A DNA stretch of 64,000 nucleotides from Nitrosopumilaceae archaeon (GCA_965207375.1 OZ242274.1:2048001-2112000); one strand, 5' to 3'. Counted from the stretch's first letter, positions 1 through 10,027 are shown. Numbers and translations are program-made. The notes: a model not told the origin generated them from the sequence alone.

Positions 1-188
1 TAAATGTATTGTCTCATGAGTTCTGCTTGGATTATCCACAAAATTTCTCTTCAATATTGGCGACCTTTTCAATGCCGTATAAATTCAATCTAGACTAGTT
101 TGTGAATCAGGCCCAGAATTTAACACGCAACAGAATGGTGAAATTTTAATCTCTTACGATACAACAATTACAAAACATCAAAAGATAG

Positions 189-284
189 GTATCTGTTAAC
201 GTTGTTTTAAAATTATGATGATTTTAGGTACAAATTTGGGATGACAAAACAGGGCGAAAGTCTAGGTATGATGTTAATAATTAC
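189..284 (+). repeat. ~100-bp MITE copy 1
   Basis: Ends GTATCTGTTAAC...GTTAATAATTAC; similar to 584-685 and to the reverse complement of 1853-1950. Confidence 0.7.
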
Positions 285-583
285 GATCCTTGTTACTTAG
301 ATCTAGATTCTAAATAACTCTTCGTCTTTTGGACTTGTCCAAAAGCGACATGTGAATGTTTATTCTTTGATGTGTATTCTGAGTGTATGGATTCTTCGAA
401 CAATATCTGGCTTCTATGCTGTAATGTTGTAAATATCAAACAATATTGGATTACAAAATCCATATTTTTGCAGATGTGTTTACTGATGATGTGATTTTAC
501 GCTATATTCTTGTTGTAAAAGCTTAATATTCAAACATTTATAGAAAATCTATTTCATAAAGTTATGTCTAAATCAAATTTTAG

Positions 584-685
584 ATAACTGTTAATGTTGT
601 TTTAGAATTATGATAATTTTAGGCACGAAGTTGCTTTGTTGTCAAAAGATAAAATAAAAAATTCAGACGTGACGTTAACACTTAC
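584..685 (+). repeat. ~100-bp MITE copy 2
   Basis: Ends ATAACTGTTAAT...GTTAACACTTAC; internal GTCAAAAGATAAAATAAAAAATTCAGACGTGA resembles copy 3. Confidence 0.7.
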
Positions 686-757
686 ACAAATTTAGATGTA
701 GTATTATCAGATTTATTTCAATTCTACCAAACTTCAAATGTTTGATTCTATCGAAAG

Positions 758-994
758 TCATCTTGTAATTTTACGGTCATGATCTGTAATGAATTCATCT
801 CTTCCAATCATTACATCTCCCAATATCCCTAACTGTAATCCGATCTTCAATACCTTATTTCCTGCGGGTACCGATGTGTAAACATGATTCTTTTTCAATG
901 TTACATGACTGCAGGTTCTACTTATTATGATGAATTCTTTTTTGATCAAATATTTGATCATTGCATTGCCAGAGATTCTTGGAATTTTTACCAT
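758..994 (-). CDS. hicA: HicA-family mRNA interferase toxin (GSH motif reads CSH)
   Basis: MVKIPRISG..KYLIKKEF..RTCSHVTL..SVP..LKIGL pattern; TGATG coupling to the upstream hicB. Confidence 0.7.
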   Translation of the reverse strand: MVKIPRISGNAMIKYLIKKEFIIISRTCSHVTLKKNHVYTSVPAGNKVLKIGLQLGILGDVMIGRDEFITDHDRKITR

Positions 995-1206
995 CAACAA
1001 TCTACAAGTAGCATATTAAAATCAGTTACATTGTCAATTGTTCTAGATGTAAGACTCACTACATCCTTCATGTTCTCAACTATCTCACCATATGTCTCAC
1101 CCTGGGAATTTGCATGTAGTTCATCACATCTTCCTACAAATCCGCCTTCCTCCTTATCTTGTGTTATAATTACTGTGTATGTCTTCTTTTCCATGATGGT
1201 ACTCAT
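994..1206 (-). CDS. hicB: HicB-family antitoxin
   Basis: YTVIITQDKEEGGFVGRCDEL..SQGETYGE motif. Confidence 0.85.
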   Translation of the reverse strand: MSTIMEKKTYTVIITQDKEEGGFVGRCDELHANSQGETYGEIVENMKDVVSLTSRTIDNVTDFNMLLVDC

Positions 1207-1336
1207 AACATAACTTAACAAAGGTAAGTATTAAAATCATTAGAGTTTTACAAGTACACCCAAAACAGAACACGATTGCGTCAACTCCTGACAAGATTAA
1301 TGAATATGTAAGATATGTTTTGTTTGCATAAAGATT

Positions 1337-1554
1337 CTAGAAAAGTAGGTCAAGAAATTCTTTCTTTGTCAATCCACATTCAGATGCTATTTGTAGTACC
1401 AATCCTTTTCCTAACTCTTTCTTTTTGAGCACTACTGTCCATGCCCCTTGTCCATTCTCCAATATAATGTGGCTTCCATTCTGATGTGTGGGGTAAAACC
1501 CTACTTTTCTTAATGCTTTTAGAACATCCTATAACTAATCACCGGTAGGCTCAT
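1337..1554 (-). pseudogene. hicA: HicA toxin with a frameshift after codon 8
   Basis: ATGA overlap with hicB stop; MSLPVISY then, in a shifted frame, DVLKALRKVGFYPTHQNGSHIILE...GLTKKEFLDLLF*; absent from the ORF track. Confidence 0.8.
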
Positions 1555-1781
1555 ACTGATACTGTGATCAAATCTAGTTTAGGATCCTTTTTTTTATCTT
1601 CAAGATAAGATTTACACAAAATTATAGCTTTTTTGGTGTCTTCAATCGCATCATCCCTAGTTTTCCCCTGTCCCTTAGCTTGTGGAATTTCTAGACAGTA
1701 ACCCGTATAGAACTTGCCATCTTTATTGACCATGATGTTATAGTTTTCCTTTTCCTGCATACAATTGAATACAATATTCAT
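1551..1781 (-). CDS. hicB: HicB-family antitoxin
   Basis: YTGYCLEIPQAKGQGKTRDDAI motif. Confidence 0.85.
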   Translation of the reverse strand: MNIVFNCMQEKENYNIMVNKDGKFYTGYCLEIPQAKGQGKTRDDAIEDTKKAIILCKSYLEDKKKDPKLDLITVSV

Positions 1782-1852
1782 ACATATAAAATCAATGTCA
1801 AAAATCAGTTAATCCATCAGTAGATAACAAGTAACGATATTCGTCAAAAAAA

Positions 1853-1950
1853 GTATGTGTTAACATCACGCCTGAATTTTTATTCTATCTTTTGACTAAG
1901 TAATTTGGTGTCTAAAATTACCACAAATTCAAAACAGTGTTAACAGATAC
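1853..1950 (-). repeat. ~100-bp MITE copy 3 (inverted)
   Basis: Ends GTATGTGTTAAC...GTTAACAGATAC. Confidence 0.7.
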
Positions 1951-2063
1951 AAAGATAGCAAGCAGCACATCTAAATTACCACTATACAGTGTCAACCCAA
2001 AGCGTTGGTTTTTATAAATTTGTCAAAAAAATGCTTGGCAATTTGAAATATCGTTTTAATATC

Positions 2064-2309
2064 TCAAGGTTTAGGATTTGAACAGTTAGGACAAGAATCT
2101 TGCTCTAGTTTTGTTCCGCAATCAGCACAAAGTCCATTGCCTGTAGCGTTAAGAATGGATTGTTTACGACGTCCAACAAAGACCTTGATTCCAAAATATA
2201 CCAAAAATGCAATGACCGTAGCGTATAATATTCCAATAAACGGAGATAGTCCCAACATAAACATGATAGATGCTCCAATCAAAATAAGGTCGCGTTTTTC
2301 AAAACTCAA
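2064..2309 (-). CDS. Small membrane protein with a C-terminal Zn ribbon
   Basis: Two hydrophobic segments, then CADC..CPNC. Confidence 0.7.
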   Translation of the reverse strand: MSFEKRDLILIGASIMFMLGLSPFIGILYATVIAFLVYFGIKVFVGRRKQSILNATGNGLCADCGTKLEQDSCPNCSNPKP

Positions 2310-2493
2310 TTAAATATACAATACAGGAATTTGATAAAAAGCTATGCTAGAGGTGTTGGCGCGATTTTGGCCTAGTTGCAGCAATCTAGTATGGCAAACT
2401 CAGATCTATCTAGTTTATTTCACAATGTCAATACTCTAACTCATCATCATCGTCTGTACAATACACAGCATACACAGATAATATTGTTTAAAG

Positions 2494-2567
2494 TGGGATT
2501 GGCAGGATTTGAACCTACGACCCCTGGTACCCAAAACCAGGATCATACCAAGCTAGACCACAATCCC
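2494..2567 (-). tRNA. tRNA-Pro(UGG)
   Basis: Cloverleaf GGGATTG...CAATCCCA; anticodon arm CCTGGT-TTTGGGT-ACCAGG; GGTTCAAATCC T-arm. Confidence 0.95.
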
Positions 2568-2644
2568 GCTATCTACACAAAATCAGCTGCCCCAATTTAA
2601 GCTTGACATGTGATGATTTTAAATAACAATCACATCAAAGGTAT

Positions 2645-3538
2645 TTGTTGAACACAGAGCAGTACATCAAGGCAGGCAAAATTGCAGGCGAAATACGAGA
2701 AATGGCACGCAATAAAAATTGGGTTGGAAGTACAGTCTATGAAATTTGTCAAGAGATAGAAGGTCAGATCAAAAGCCGAGGTGCAAAGTGTGCATTTCCG
2801 GTAAATACAAGCATCAATGAGGTAGCAGCACACTATACTGCAGAGCCTGACGATGAGCTGACAATAAAGGAAGATGATCTGGTAAAAATTGATCTTGGAG
2901 CACAGATTGACGGATGGATTGCAGATACTGCAGTTACAGTAAACTATGATCCTCAATATGACCGACTTGTCCAGACTGCCGAAGAGGCATTACACAATGC
3001 AATGGCACAGATCAAAGATGGAGTAAAGGCAAGCGACATTGGTAGGACAATTGAAAAAACCATTAAACAGGCAGGATGCGCCCCAATTATCAATCTAAGT
3101 GGACATTCACTAGAACAGTATACAATTCATGCAGGAAAATCCATTCCAAACATATGGTCAATAGGATCATTTTCACTCTCTGAAAAGTCAGCATACGCAT
3201 GCGAGCCGTTTGTAACTACAAGTGACGGCCTAGGTTTTGTAAAAGAGGGAAAAATCAGAAATATTTTTGCAATGGTGTCACGAAAAAAGACAAAAAATGC
3301 CAGAGCCGATGAGTTGTTGGATTTTATTTGGAATAACTTTAACATGCTGCCGTTTGCATTAAGATGGATTGTGACAGATTATGAGGAATCAGAGGCAAGA
3401 GAGTTGCTAGATATTCTTATAAAGAAAAAGGCAGTCCAGGCATATCCGGTACTAGTTGAGGGAAATGGGAAAAGAGTGGCACAAGCAGAGCACACATTCA
3501 TACCCAATCAGACAGGGGTCACAATCACTACACAGTAA
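2645..3538 (+). CDS. map: Methionine aminopeptidase type II
   Basis: AFPVNTSINEVAAHYT, KIDLG, NLSGH, ACEPF, AQAEHT motifs. Confidence 0.95.
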   Translation: MLNTEQYIKAGKIAGEIREMARNKNWVGSTVYEICQEIEGQIKSRGAKCAFPVNTSINEVAAHYTAEPDDELTIKEDDLVKIDLGAQIDGWIADTAVTVNYDPQYDRLVQTAEEALHNAMAQIKDGVKASDIGRTIEKTIKQAGCAPIINLSGHSLEQYTIHAGKSIPNIWSIGSFSLSEKSAYACEPFVTTSDGLGFVKEGKIRNIFAMVSRKKTKNARADELLDFIWNNFNMLPFALRWIVTDYEESEARELLDILIKKKAVQAYPVLVEGNGKRVAQAEHTFIPNQTGVTITTQ

Positions 3539-3540
3539 CA

Positions 3541-3720
3541 TCATTGTTTGAAGGTTTGACCATATATTAGATCAATGCAGTATAGTCCACCGCATTGGCA
3601 TGAGTCAAGTTCTGCAAATAACGAATCGCCGTCTTTGAATTTGCGTGTGTGCTGCTTTTGACAGGAATTACATTTTGATACAGTATATGCAACTGTAATT
3701 TCCTTTTTTGAGAAAATCAT
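3541..3720 (-). CDS. 59-aa Zn-ribbon-like protein (below the ORF-track cutoff)
   Basis: MIFSKKEITVAYTVSKCNSC...RKFKDGD..CQCGG..IYGQTFKQ*; ATGA overlap with the DUF1512 stop. Confidence 0.7.
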   Translation of the reverse strand: MIFSKKEITVAYTVSKCNSCQKQHTRKFKDGDSLFAELDSCQCGGLYCIDLIYGQTFKQ

Positions 3721-4838
3721 TGCGGCACACCTATGGTGTTGCCCACACCGATAACAAGTATTGTATTTCCTGGTACAGTATTATTTTTGATTAAATCATA
3801 TACGCGGTTACGAGTCTCGACTGCTTTATGTGCAATGTCTTTGGTCATCAAAGTTATTGCTTCTTTGACTGACTGTTTTACAATTACTGCAAAAATTGGT
3901 ATTTTGTTATTTGTCGCAATCTCTTCTATTTCAAAACGCTCTATTCCGACACCTCCTATGGCTGCTCCAAAACCTTGCGCAACGCTAGCAGAATCTTCAC
4001 CTTCAAATTTCAGGGCAGCATCAACCATAATTATGGCATCAAGCTTTGTGTCTTGAATGATTTTTTTTAATCCATCTGCTGGCCGTCCAACAGTAGAGGA
4101 CGGACCTAGAGCCTTCATCAGGATTAATTTCCTGTCCTCAAAATCGGTTTTGCCTATGACGGTTTGAAATGCAATCTCCTCTTTTATAGTATTTAACATG
4201 ATTTTGCCCACAACAAGAGGGCCTATGCTGTCTCCAATGGGCTGATTTTGTTTAAAGGCAGGTATTGCCTCCTTTAAGGCCGCTGCCTCCTCCATTATAA
4301 AGGGAAGCATCATCTGCAAAGGCAGAATCAGAGGATAGTTGTTTTGTTTTTTTGCAGTTAAAAACATGTGATTGATTATCTTGTATAGCAGCTGAAGTGA
4401 GGTTACAATCTCTAAAAGAGTTTGAACCTTGTTTAGTTCAGCATCAGGGATATCAGGCATCATTGACCTTATGTTGTGGCGTGTATAGTTTTCTCTTGAA
4501 CGTATTGTATGCTTGATTTTTGGGACAATTCCATTAGGATCCAAATCGACGGGAGGTATAGTAAAGTAATTTAGAAATTGATCAATTCTTGCAGTGGGTT
4601 GAGTTTTTGGATTGCATTTATTGATATAATCAAGGAGTTCAGTTCTACCTTCATTTTTAAACGAGTCTAGTTTTTTGATGCTTTTTTTAATTTCACTAGA
4701 TGTAATTTGTAATTGAATACGTTGTCCATAAAAAACAAAAAGGATAACGGGCAGAATCCAAATAAGCATCATAAACAGACTGGTATCATCATTTAATCCA
4801 AAAAATTCCTCTACATTAAAATCGGTAAAATTCAACAT
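3717..4838 (-). CDS. DUF1512 family membrane-anchored protein
   Basis: PVDLDPNG, PIGDSIGP, DAALKFEGE, GVGNTIG motifs. Confidence 0.85.
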   Translation of the reverse strand: MLNFTDFNVEEFFGLNDDTSLFMMLIWILPVILFVFYGQRIQLQITSSEIKKSIKKLDSFKNEGRTELLDYINKCNPKTQPTARIDQFLNYFTIPPVDLDPNGIVPKIKHTIRSRENYTRHNIRSMMPDIPDAELNKVQTLLEIVTSLQLLYKIINHMFLTAKKQNNYPLILPLQMMLPFIMEEAAALKEAIPAFKQNQPIGDSIGPLVVGKIMLNTIKEEIAFQTVIGKTDFEDRKLILMKALGPSSTVGRPADGLKKIIQDTKLDAIIMVDAALKFEGEDSASVAQGFGAAIGGVGIERFEIEEIATNNKIPIFAVIVKQSVKEAITLMTKDIAHKAVETRNRVYDLIKNNTVPGNTILVIGVGNTIGVPQ

Positions 4839-5016
4839 TTACTGCGATCAAGGCTTGCAAATTAAATCATTCGTTGTACAATTCTAAAATCATACCGTAT
4901 AAAAAAGTAAAAATCACCATGTAAAATTGTCATATTAGGAATAAAATGTCACTCAAAAATCAGCATGTAAAGTGAATCCCTTTTATTATAGTTAATATAC
5001 GAAAAAATCGGAAATC

Positions 5017-5577
5017 ATGCCAGAAACAAAACCCATAGTTAGCGTTGAAAACGTAGTAGCTTCGGCCTCAGTTGATCAAAAGATGGATCTGAACGAAATT
5101 ACACGTACATTTCCAGATGTAGAGTATCATCCTGATCAATTTCCAGGACTAGTATTTAGATTAAAGAGTCCCAAAACTGCAACGTTGATTTTTACATCAG
5201 GCAAGATGGTATGTACCGGTTCAAAATCAGAGGAGATGGCAAGAAAGGCAGTAAAGACAGTAGTTCAAAAGCTTAGAAAAGGTGGTATCAAAGTTAAAAA
5301 AGATGCAACAGTTGAGATACAAAACATAGTAGCATCAATTAACTTGGGTGGGAAAATACATCTAGAACAGGCAGCAAGAACATTACCAAGAAGCATGTAC
5401 GAGCCAGAGCAATTTCCGGGTCTGATTCACAGGATGCTTGATCCAAAAACTGTAATTCTATTGTTTTCGTCAGGAAAACTTGTTTGTACGGGAGCAAAAA
5501 AGGAGCCTGATGTATACAGATCAGTTAATAATTTGCACGCCCTTTTAGAAGAAAAGGATCTTATGATATATAGCTAG
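5017..5577 (+). CDS. tbp: TATA-box binding protein
   Basis: Two repeats of NVVAS..YxPxQFPGL..LIFxSGK. Confidence 0.98.
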   Translation: MPETKPIVSVENVVASASVDQKMDLNEITRTFPDVEYHPDQFPGLVFRLKSPKTATLIFTSGKMVCTGSKSEEMARKAVKTVVQKLRKGGIKVKKDATVEIQNIVASINLGGKIHLEQAARTLPRSMYEPEQFPGLIHRMLDPKTVILLFSSGKLVCTGAKKEPDVYRSVNNLHALLEEKDLMIYS

Positions 5578-5639
5578 TTTCATAGATCGTTTTTTTTATC
5601 TGTTTAAAAGTTCTTAATACTGTAAAAAATATTCCCTGT

Positions 5640-6332
5640 ATGAAAATAGAGCGTGTGCAAGATTTCAAATTAGACGACTTTACACTGATTGGCTCACTGC
5701 CAGATATGGGAAAGGTGGGAGGACTAGTATCTCAACACATTGCCAAAAAACTAGATGCGCAGCTTGCAGTAAAAATTACAATAACAGACAAGCCATGGAT
5801 TAATCAAAAAAAGGGCTTGGTTTTTGTGCCACGTGAGCAATACAGAATAACAGTTGATGAAAAAAACAAGATTGTAATTTTTGAGGGAGGCAATCAACCG
5901 CAGGAACCAGATACAGTAATGAAACTAGCAGAGACGGTGTTTTGCGAAGTACAAAAAATTGGAAACATAAAAAAAGTAATTTCGGCAGGAGGTTATCTGC
6001 CTGCACAGCCGGGAAACAAAGTCTTTGGAGTAGCCACAACACAGCAGGCGCTAGAGGACCTAGAAAAGCAGCAGATTTTTCCATTAAGTTCTGATGTCAA
6101 CAACATAACCTGGTTTAATGGTCTGATTTTAGCTAGGGCAAAAGATGCAGGCATCACAGGAATAGGTCTGTTTGGAGAAATCACATCTACAGATACGCCG
6201 CAATACAAGGCAGCAAGCAACATAATTGCAAAAATACAAAAGATTCTAAATGTTCCAATAGACACCTGTGAAATTGATCAAAAAGTTGTAGAGCCCAAAC
6301 AGACAAAGACAGACGGTCCAGGAATAGGATAA
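5640..6332 (+). CDS. PAC2-family proteasome assembly chaperone
   Basis: LPDMGKVG, QPQ, SAGGY, GLFGE motifs. Confidence 0.8.
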   Translation: MKIERVQDFKLDDFTLIGSLPDMGKVGGLVSQHIAKKLDAQLAVKITITDKPWINQKKGLVFVPREQYRITVDEKNKIVIFEGGNQPQEPDTVMKLAETVFCEVQKIGNIKKVISAGGYLPAQPGNKVFGVATTQQALEDLEKQQIFPLSSDVNNITWFNGLILARAKDAGITGIGLFGEITSTDTPQYKAASNIIAKIQKILNVPIDTCEIDQKVVEPKQTKTDGPGIG

Positions 6333-6333
6333 G

Positions 6334-6657
6334 TTACTTTATTTGAGTTCCAGATGGGACAGTATCAGAAACTGTCAGCCAAAACGGCTTTTGATCAACG
6401 TCTGCTGCTAGCAGCATTGCATCAGACTCTATGCCTGCCATTTTTTTAGGCTCCAAATTTGCAACAACGATTACTGTTCTGCCTACCATATCTGAGGGCT
6501 CGTAAAACTGCGCACCGCCGATAATTACGGTTTTTTGCTGGTCTCCAAGATCTATGGTTCCCTTTATGATTTTGGTTTTGCCTGCAATGGGCTTGGCTGC
6601 TGTGATTTTAGCAACACGCAGATCAAGTTTTGTAAAATCATCATATGTGATAGTCAT
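6334..6657 (-). CDS. tRNA-binding OB-fold protein (Trbp111/CsaA-like)
   Basis: DFTKLDLRVAKI, VANLEPKKMAGIESDAMLL. Confidence 0.9.
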   Translation of the reverse strand: MTITYDDFTKLDLRVAKITAAKPIAGKTKIIKGTIDLGDQQKTVIIGGAQFYEPSDMVGRTVIVVANLEPKKMAGIESDAMLLAADVDQKPFWLTVSDTVPSGTQIK

Positions 6658-6695
6658 GACGCATCTAGCATGTCCTCATTAAAAGGAATTTCGAA

Positions 6696-6911
6696 TTAAT
6701 ATAGTTGGGATTTTTTAATTCCGCTGGTTTCTATGTCGTATTTTAGCGTAGTGGGCAGCTCTTCGTATTTTTTGTTTACAAGAATTTTAATTTGATCTTC
6801 GGGCACCTTGACACACTTGAGCAGTTTGCCTCGCTGATGCGCATATGCATCTTTCCAAAAGTTTGAGGCATCAAGGGTATGTATTTTTGGCAGGTACCTT
6901 GAGGACTTCAT
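6696..6911 (-). CDS. Hypothetical protein
   Basis: ORF from ATG 6911 (MKSSRY...), divergent from 6962. Confidence 0.6.
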   Translation of the reverse strand: MKSSRYLPKIHTLDASNFWKDAYAHQRGKLLKCVKVPEDQIKILVNKKYEELPTTLKYDIETSGIKKSQLY

Positions 6912-6961
6912 AAAAATACGATACAAATACAATATATTTAGTGTGAGATACAAAACAATAC

Positions 6962-7378
6962 ATGGCAAAAATCAACGCATCAATAGATATCAGGGCACCG
7001 CAAGAAAGAGTCTGGAATATAATATCGGATTTAGATAATGAGCCTAAATTTTGGAAGGGTACAAAGGAGACAAGAACTATTTCAAAGCATGAAAATACGA
7101 TACAGCGAGAGATTACAATTGCGTTTAGGGATCAAAAATGTATGCAGCAAATAGAGCTAGAGCCCAAGACAAAAATTAAGGCACAGTTTACAGAGGGAAT
7201 CATCAGTGGAACTAAAACCATGACGCTCTCATCAGAGAGTGAAACGACGACACTAGAGGTAGAGTGGGACATTAAACTGACAGGAGTAATGGGTATCTTT
7301 ACTGGAATGATAAAAAAGCACATCAAAGGTGGTACGGAACAAGCCATAAACAGCATACGAAAAGAAGCTGAGAGCTAG
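6962..7378 (+). CDS. SRPBCC/START (polyketide cyclase-like) protein
   Basis: ASIDIRAPQERVWNIISD..PKFW signature. Confidence 0.85.
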   Translation: MAKINASIDIRAPQERVWNIISDLDNEPKFWKGTKETRTISKHENTIQREITIAFRDQKCMQQIELEPKTKIKAQFTEGIISGTKTMTLSSESETTTLEVEWDIKLTGVMGIFTGMIKKHIKGGTEQAINSIRKEAES

Positions 7379-7381
7379 TTT

Positions 7382-8581
7382 ATGATTTTAGAAATTATCA
7401 ATTATTTTCTGATTGCAATTTTAATTGGAGTCACAGGTGCGTGGGTGTTTTTAATACGGTCAATGCTTGCATCATTTAGGCATACGCCTTATTTGGATAG
7501 ATTTGAAAAAAGATCAACAGACACCCCAAAGGTATCGATAATTTTGCCTGCACGTAATGAGGAAAATTACATTGTAACGTGTCTGGATTCACTAATCAGA
7601 CAAGATTATCAAAATTATGAGATAATAGCAATTGATGACTCGTCAGAAGATAATACTGGAAAAATAATTAAAAAATATGCAGAAAAAAATTCCAAGATAA
7701 TTTACGTTGCTGCACAAAAAAAACCTGCAGGATGGATGGGTAAGAATTGGGCATGTATGGAAGGCTACAAAAAAGCAGGCGGCGAGCTGTTGCTGTTTAC
7801 TGATTCAGATACAAAACACGCATCAAATGTAATATCACTGTCAGTGGATCATCTAATGTCACTGAATCTTGATGCACTTACGGTAATGCCAAAGATGCTA
7901 TCGCTTGATTTTTGGACAAAAATCACGCTTCCGATGATTTCGACATTTTTGCATACACGATTTTCTGCACTCAGGGTAAATGATCCGTCAAAAAACACGG
8001 GATATTTTTTTGGTAGTTTTTTCATAATCAAAAGGAAAACATATGATGAGGTAGGAACTCACAAGGGGGTAAAGCAGGAGATCATCGAGGACGGGGCACT
8101 TGGAAAAAAGGTCAAAGAGTCAGGATACAAGATGAGAATGGTACGAGGGGATCATTTGATTGATGCTGTCTGGGCAAGGGATGGTAGGACGCTTTGGAAT
8201 GCATTAAAGCGGCTCATGATTCCACTGTATCTGCAAAGCAGGCAAATTGCAGTGGGTATTTTCTTTGCGGTTTTGTTTTTGCTGTTTATGCCGTTTGTTC
8301 TTTTGGGGTATTCTTTGGCAACATTTGATGGAGCCATTTCATCAAGTGTGCTGTTGATTGTATCCTCAATTGCATCTATTCTAGTATACACGGGGGCAAT
8401 AATGGAATCAAGGCAGCTTTACATCAAGGTATTATATGCTGCACTAGGCCCTGTAGGAGGTCTGGTAATAGTTGCAGGTTTTCTTTCAGGATTGATTCAG
8501 GCAGGTGGAGACACTGCAGTATCATGGAGGGGCAGGACGTACTCTATGAAGGATCATGCACAAAATCCAATCAATGTGTGA
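7382..8581 (+). CDS. Membrane glycosyltransferase, family 2
   Basis: SIILPARNEE, DDSSEDNT, GWMGK, FTDSD, ED motifs; N- and C-terminal TM helices. Confidence 0.9.
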   Translation: MILEIINYFLIAILIGVTGAWVFLIRSMLASFRHTPYLDRFEKRSTDTPKVSIILPARNEENYIVTCLDSLIRQDYQNYEIIAIDDSSEDNTGKIIKKYAEKNSKIIYVAAQKKPAGWMGKNWACMEGYKKAGGELLLFTDSDTKHASNVISLSVDHLMSLNLDALTVMPKMLSLDFWTKITLPMISTFLHTRFSALRVNDPSKNTGYFFGSFFIIKRKTYDEVGTHKGVKQEIIEDGALGKKVKESGYKMRMVRGDHLIDAVWARDGRTLWNALKRLMIPLYLQSRQIAVGIFFAVLFLLFMPFVLLGYSLATFDGAISSSVLLIVSSIASILVYTGAIMESRQLYIKVLYAALGPVGGLVIVAGFLSGLIQAGGDTAVSWRGRTYSMKDHAQNPINV

Positions 8582-9107
8582 TTGAGAGATGGTTTTTAGA
8601 ATTTGCAGATAATAGTTTTGTACTATTTCATAGTATGAGATTATCTAAATTTGTGTATTTTTTTACATGTGTAGATTTTGCAAGATTACATGTGAAGAGC
8701 AAATAATGTGCATTTTGGCTTTACTGTAACAAGCAAAAAGGATTACAATTTTTGTAATCATGTTGATAAAAATGGTTACAAGATTTAAAGTGTTTTTGCC
8801 TTAACCAACATACATGTGCAGTGTATGAATTTAAACAGAGATGTTAGTTTGTGTTATAACTAATAACGTTAAAAATCTATTTTTTAATGGAAAAATTCTG
8901 ATGTGTCTAATATATCATAAAGCCATGGCCATGTTTTGGCATTGGATGTTAGAAATTATGCCTAAAAGTTAAACCCCCCCTGATTTTGGCGTTTTTAGAA
9001 AAAATGGTTCTTGATTGAGAAGTGATTTTTGTGCGATTTTCGTAAGAGAAAACACCCAGTTTCAAAAGAATACTTTGATAATTTCAAATCACATCATTCA
9101 CGCAGAC

Positions 9108-9227
9108 TTATTCATTATTCTCTACCCATTTACTCCAAGTTGACTCTTTAGGTATATCGCCAATATCATAGTTGGTCGTACTCCACTCTATGACCTTTGG
9201 TGGTGTATCTGCATCCTTTTGATTCAT
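9108..9227 (-). CDS. Putative 39-aa small protein
   Basis: MNQKDADTPPKVIEWSTTNYDIGDIPKESTWSKWVENNE*; starts 2 nt after the upstream stop. Confidence 0.4.
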   Translation of the reverse strand: MNQKDADTPPKVIEWSTTNYDIGDIPKESTWSKWVENNE

Positions 9228-9229
9228 TT

Positions 9230-10027
9230 TCATGCCTGTATCGTCACATCTTTGGTTGTGCTTTTCTCGGCTTGCTTTTTGGCAGCCTTTATCTTGTCCT
9301 TGATTTTCTTTTTGGCCAGTATCTGTTCTTTGTTCTTTGTATAGTATTCTTTTGAGCGCTTGTCAGCCTTTTCCTTGTTCTTTTGGTAATGTTCTTTTGC
9401 TCGTTCTATAGCCTTTTCCTTGTTTTTTTGATAGTATTGCTTTGCATGCTTGGTAATCTTTTCCTTGTTTTTTTGATAGTATTTTTTTCTATGCTCTTTT
9501 ACTCTCTCCTTGTTTTCTTTATTATAGGCCAGCGATTTCTTTACGAGTTTTTCCTTGTTTTTTTCATAGTATTTTTTGCCTTGTTCTCTAGATTTCTCCC
9601 TGAGTTCCTGGGATCTTGTCTTGTGTTTTGCCCTTGCACGGGCTAGTAACTTTTCTTTATTCTTGTGATAGTATTCTTTGCTTTTCTCTTTAATTTTGTC
9701 CTTGCTTGCCTGGTACCTTGCCTTTTCTGTAGCCAGTATCTTTTCTCTGTTCTTTTGATAGTATTCTGCATGCTTTGCCAGTAACTCTGTTTTGTTTGTT
9801 TGGTATTTTTTCTTCTTTTCTGCTAGTACCTTTTCCTTGTTGAGTTCGTATTTCTCCTTATGATACGCCTTGATTTTTTCTTTGTTCTTTTGGTAGTATT
9901 TGGCAGTATACTGATTTTCTCGTTCTCTAAGTTCGTTGTGGCGCTTTTTGCGGTTCTCCTTGATTTTCTCCTTGTTATTCTCATAATAGTCTCGGTGTGA
10001 TTCTGTGTAGGTCGACATGTATCTCAT
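9230..10027 (-). CDS. Highly basic Lys/Tyr repeat protein (YYQKNKEK repeats)
   Basis: More than 10 degenerate YYxxNKEK units; ATGA overlap with its paralogue. Confidence 0.8.
   Translation of the reverse strand: MRYMSTYTESHRDYYENNKEKIKENRKKRHNELRERENQYTAKYYQKNKEKIKAYHKEKYELNKEKVLAEKKKKYQTNKTELLAKHAEYYQKNREKILATEKARYQASKDKIKEKSKEYYHKNKEKLLARARAKHKTRSQELREKSREQGKKYYEKNKEKLVKKSLAYNKENKERVKEHRKKYYQKNKEKITKHAKQYYQKNKEKAIERAKEHYQKNKEKADKRSKEYYTKNKEQILAKKKIKDKIKAAKKQAEKSTTKDVTIQA

Larger units (their letters stand above)
189..1950. mobile_element. Non-autonomous MITE-bounded composite element carrying two hicBA modules
   Basis: Perfect 12-bp TIR GTATCTGTTAAC (189-200) / GTTAACAGATAC (1939-1950), flanked by the 8-bp direct repeat AAAGATAG (181-188 and 1951-1958); no transposase inside. 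Confidence 0.75.

Noticed and set aside
290-560. Possible decayed antitoxin gene between MITE copies 1 and 2 (RFWTSPKDEELF on the minus strand)
   Set aside because: Too short and broken to support a call.
758-1000. Retropepsin-like protease reading (IGRD motif)
   Set aside because: No DTG motif; length, SH motif and coupling to hicB fit HicA.
189-1950. The ~100-bp imperfect palindromes as integron attC sites
   Set aside because: The third copy is inverted, no integrase is in view, and the perfect outer TIR plus 8-bp duplication fit a transposon better.
2376-2600. 74-aa ORF
   Set aside because: Antisense shadow of tRNA-Pro.
9383-9646. Phe/Leu-rich 'membrane' ORF
   Set aside because: Antisense shadow of the Lys-rich repeat gene.
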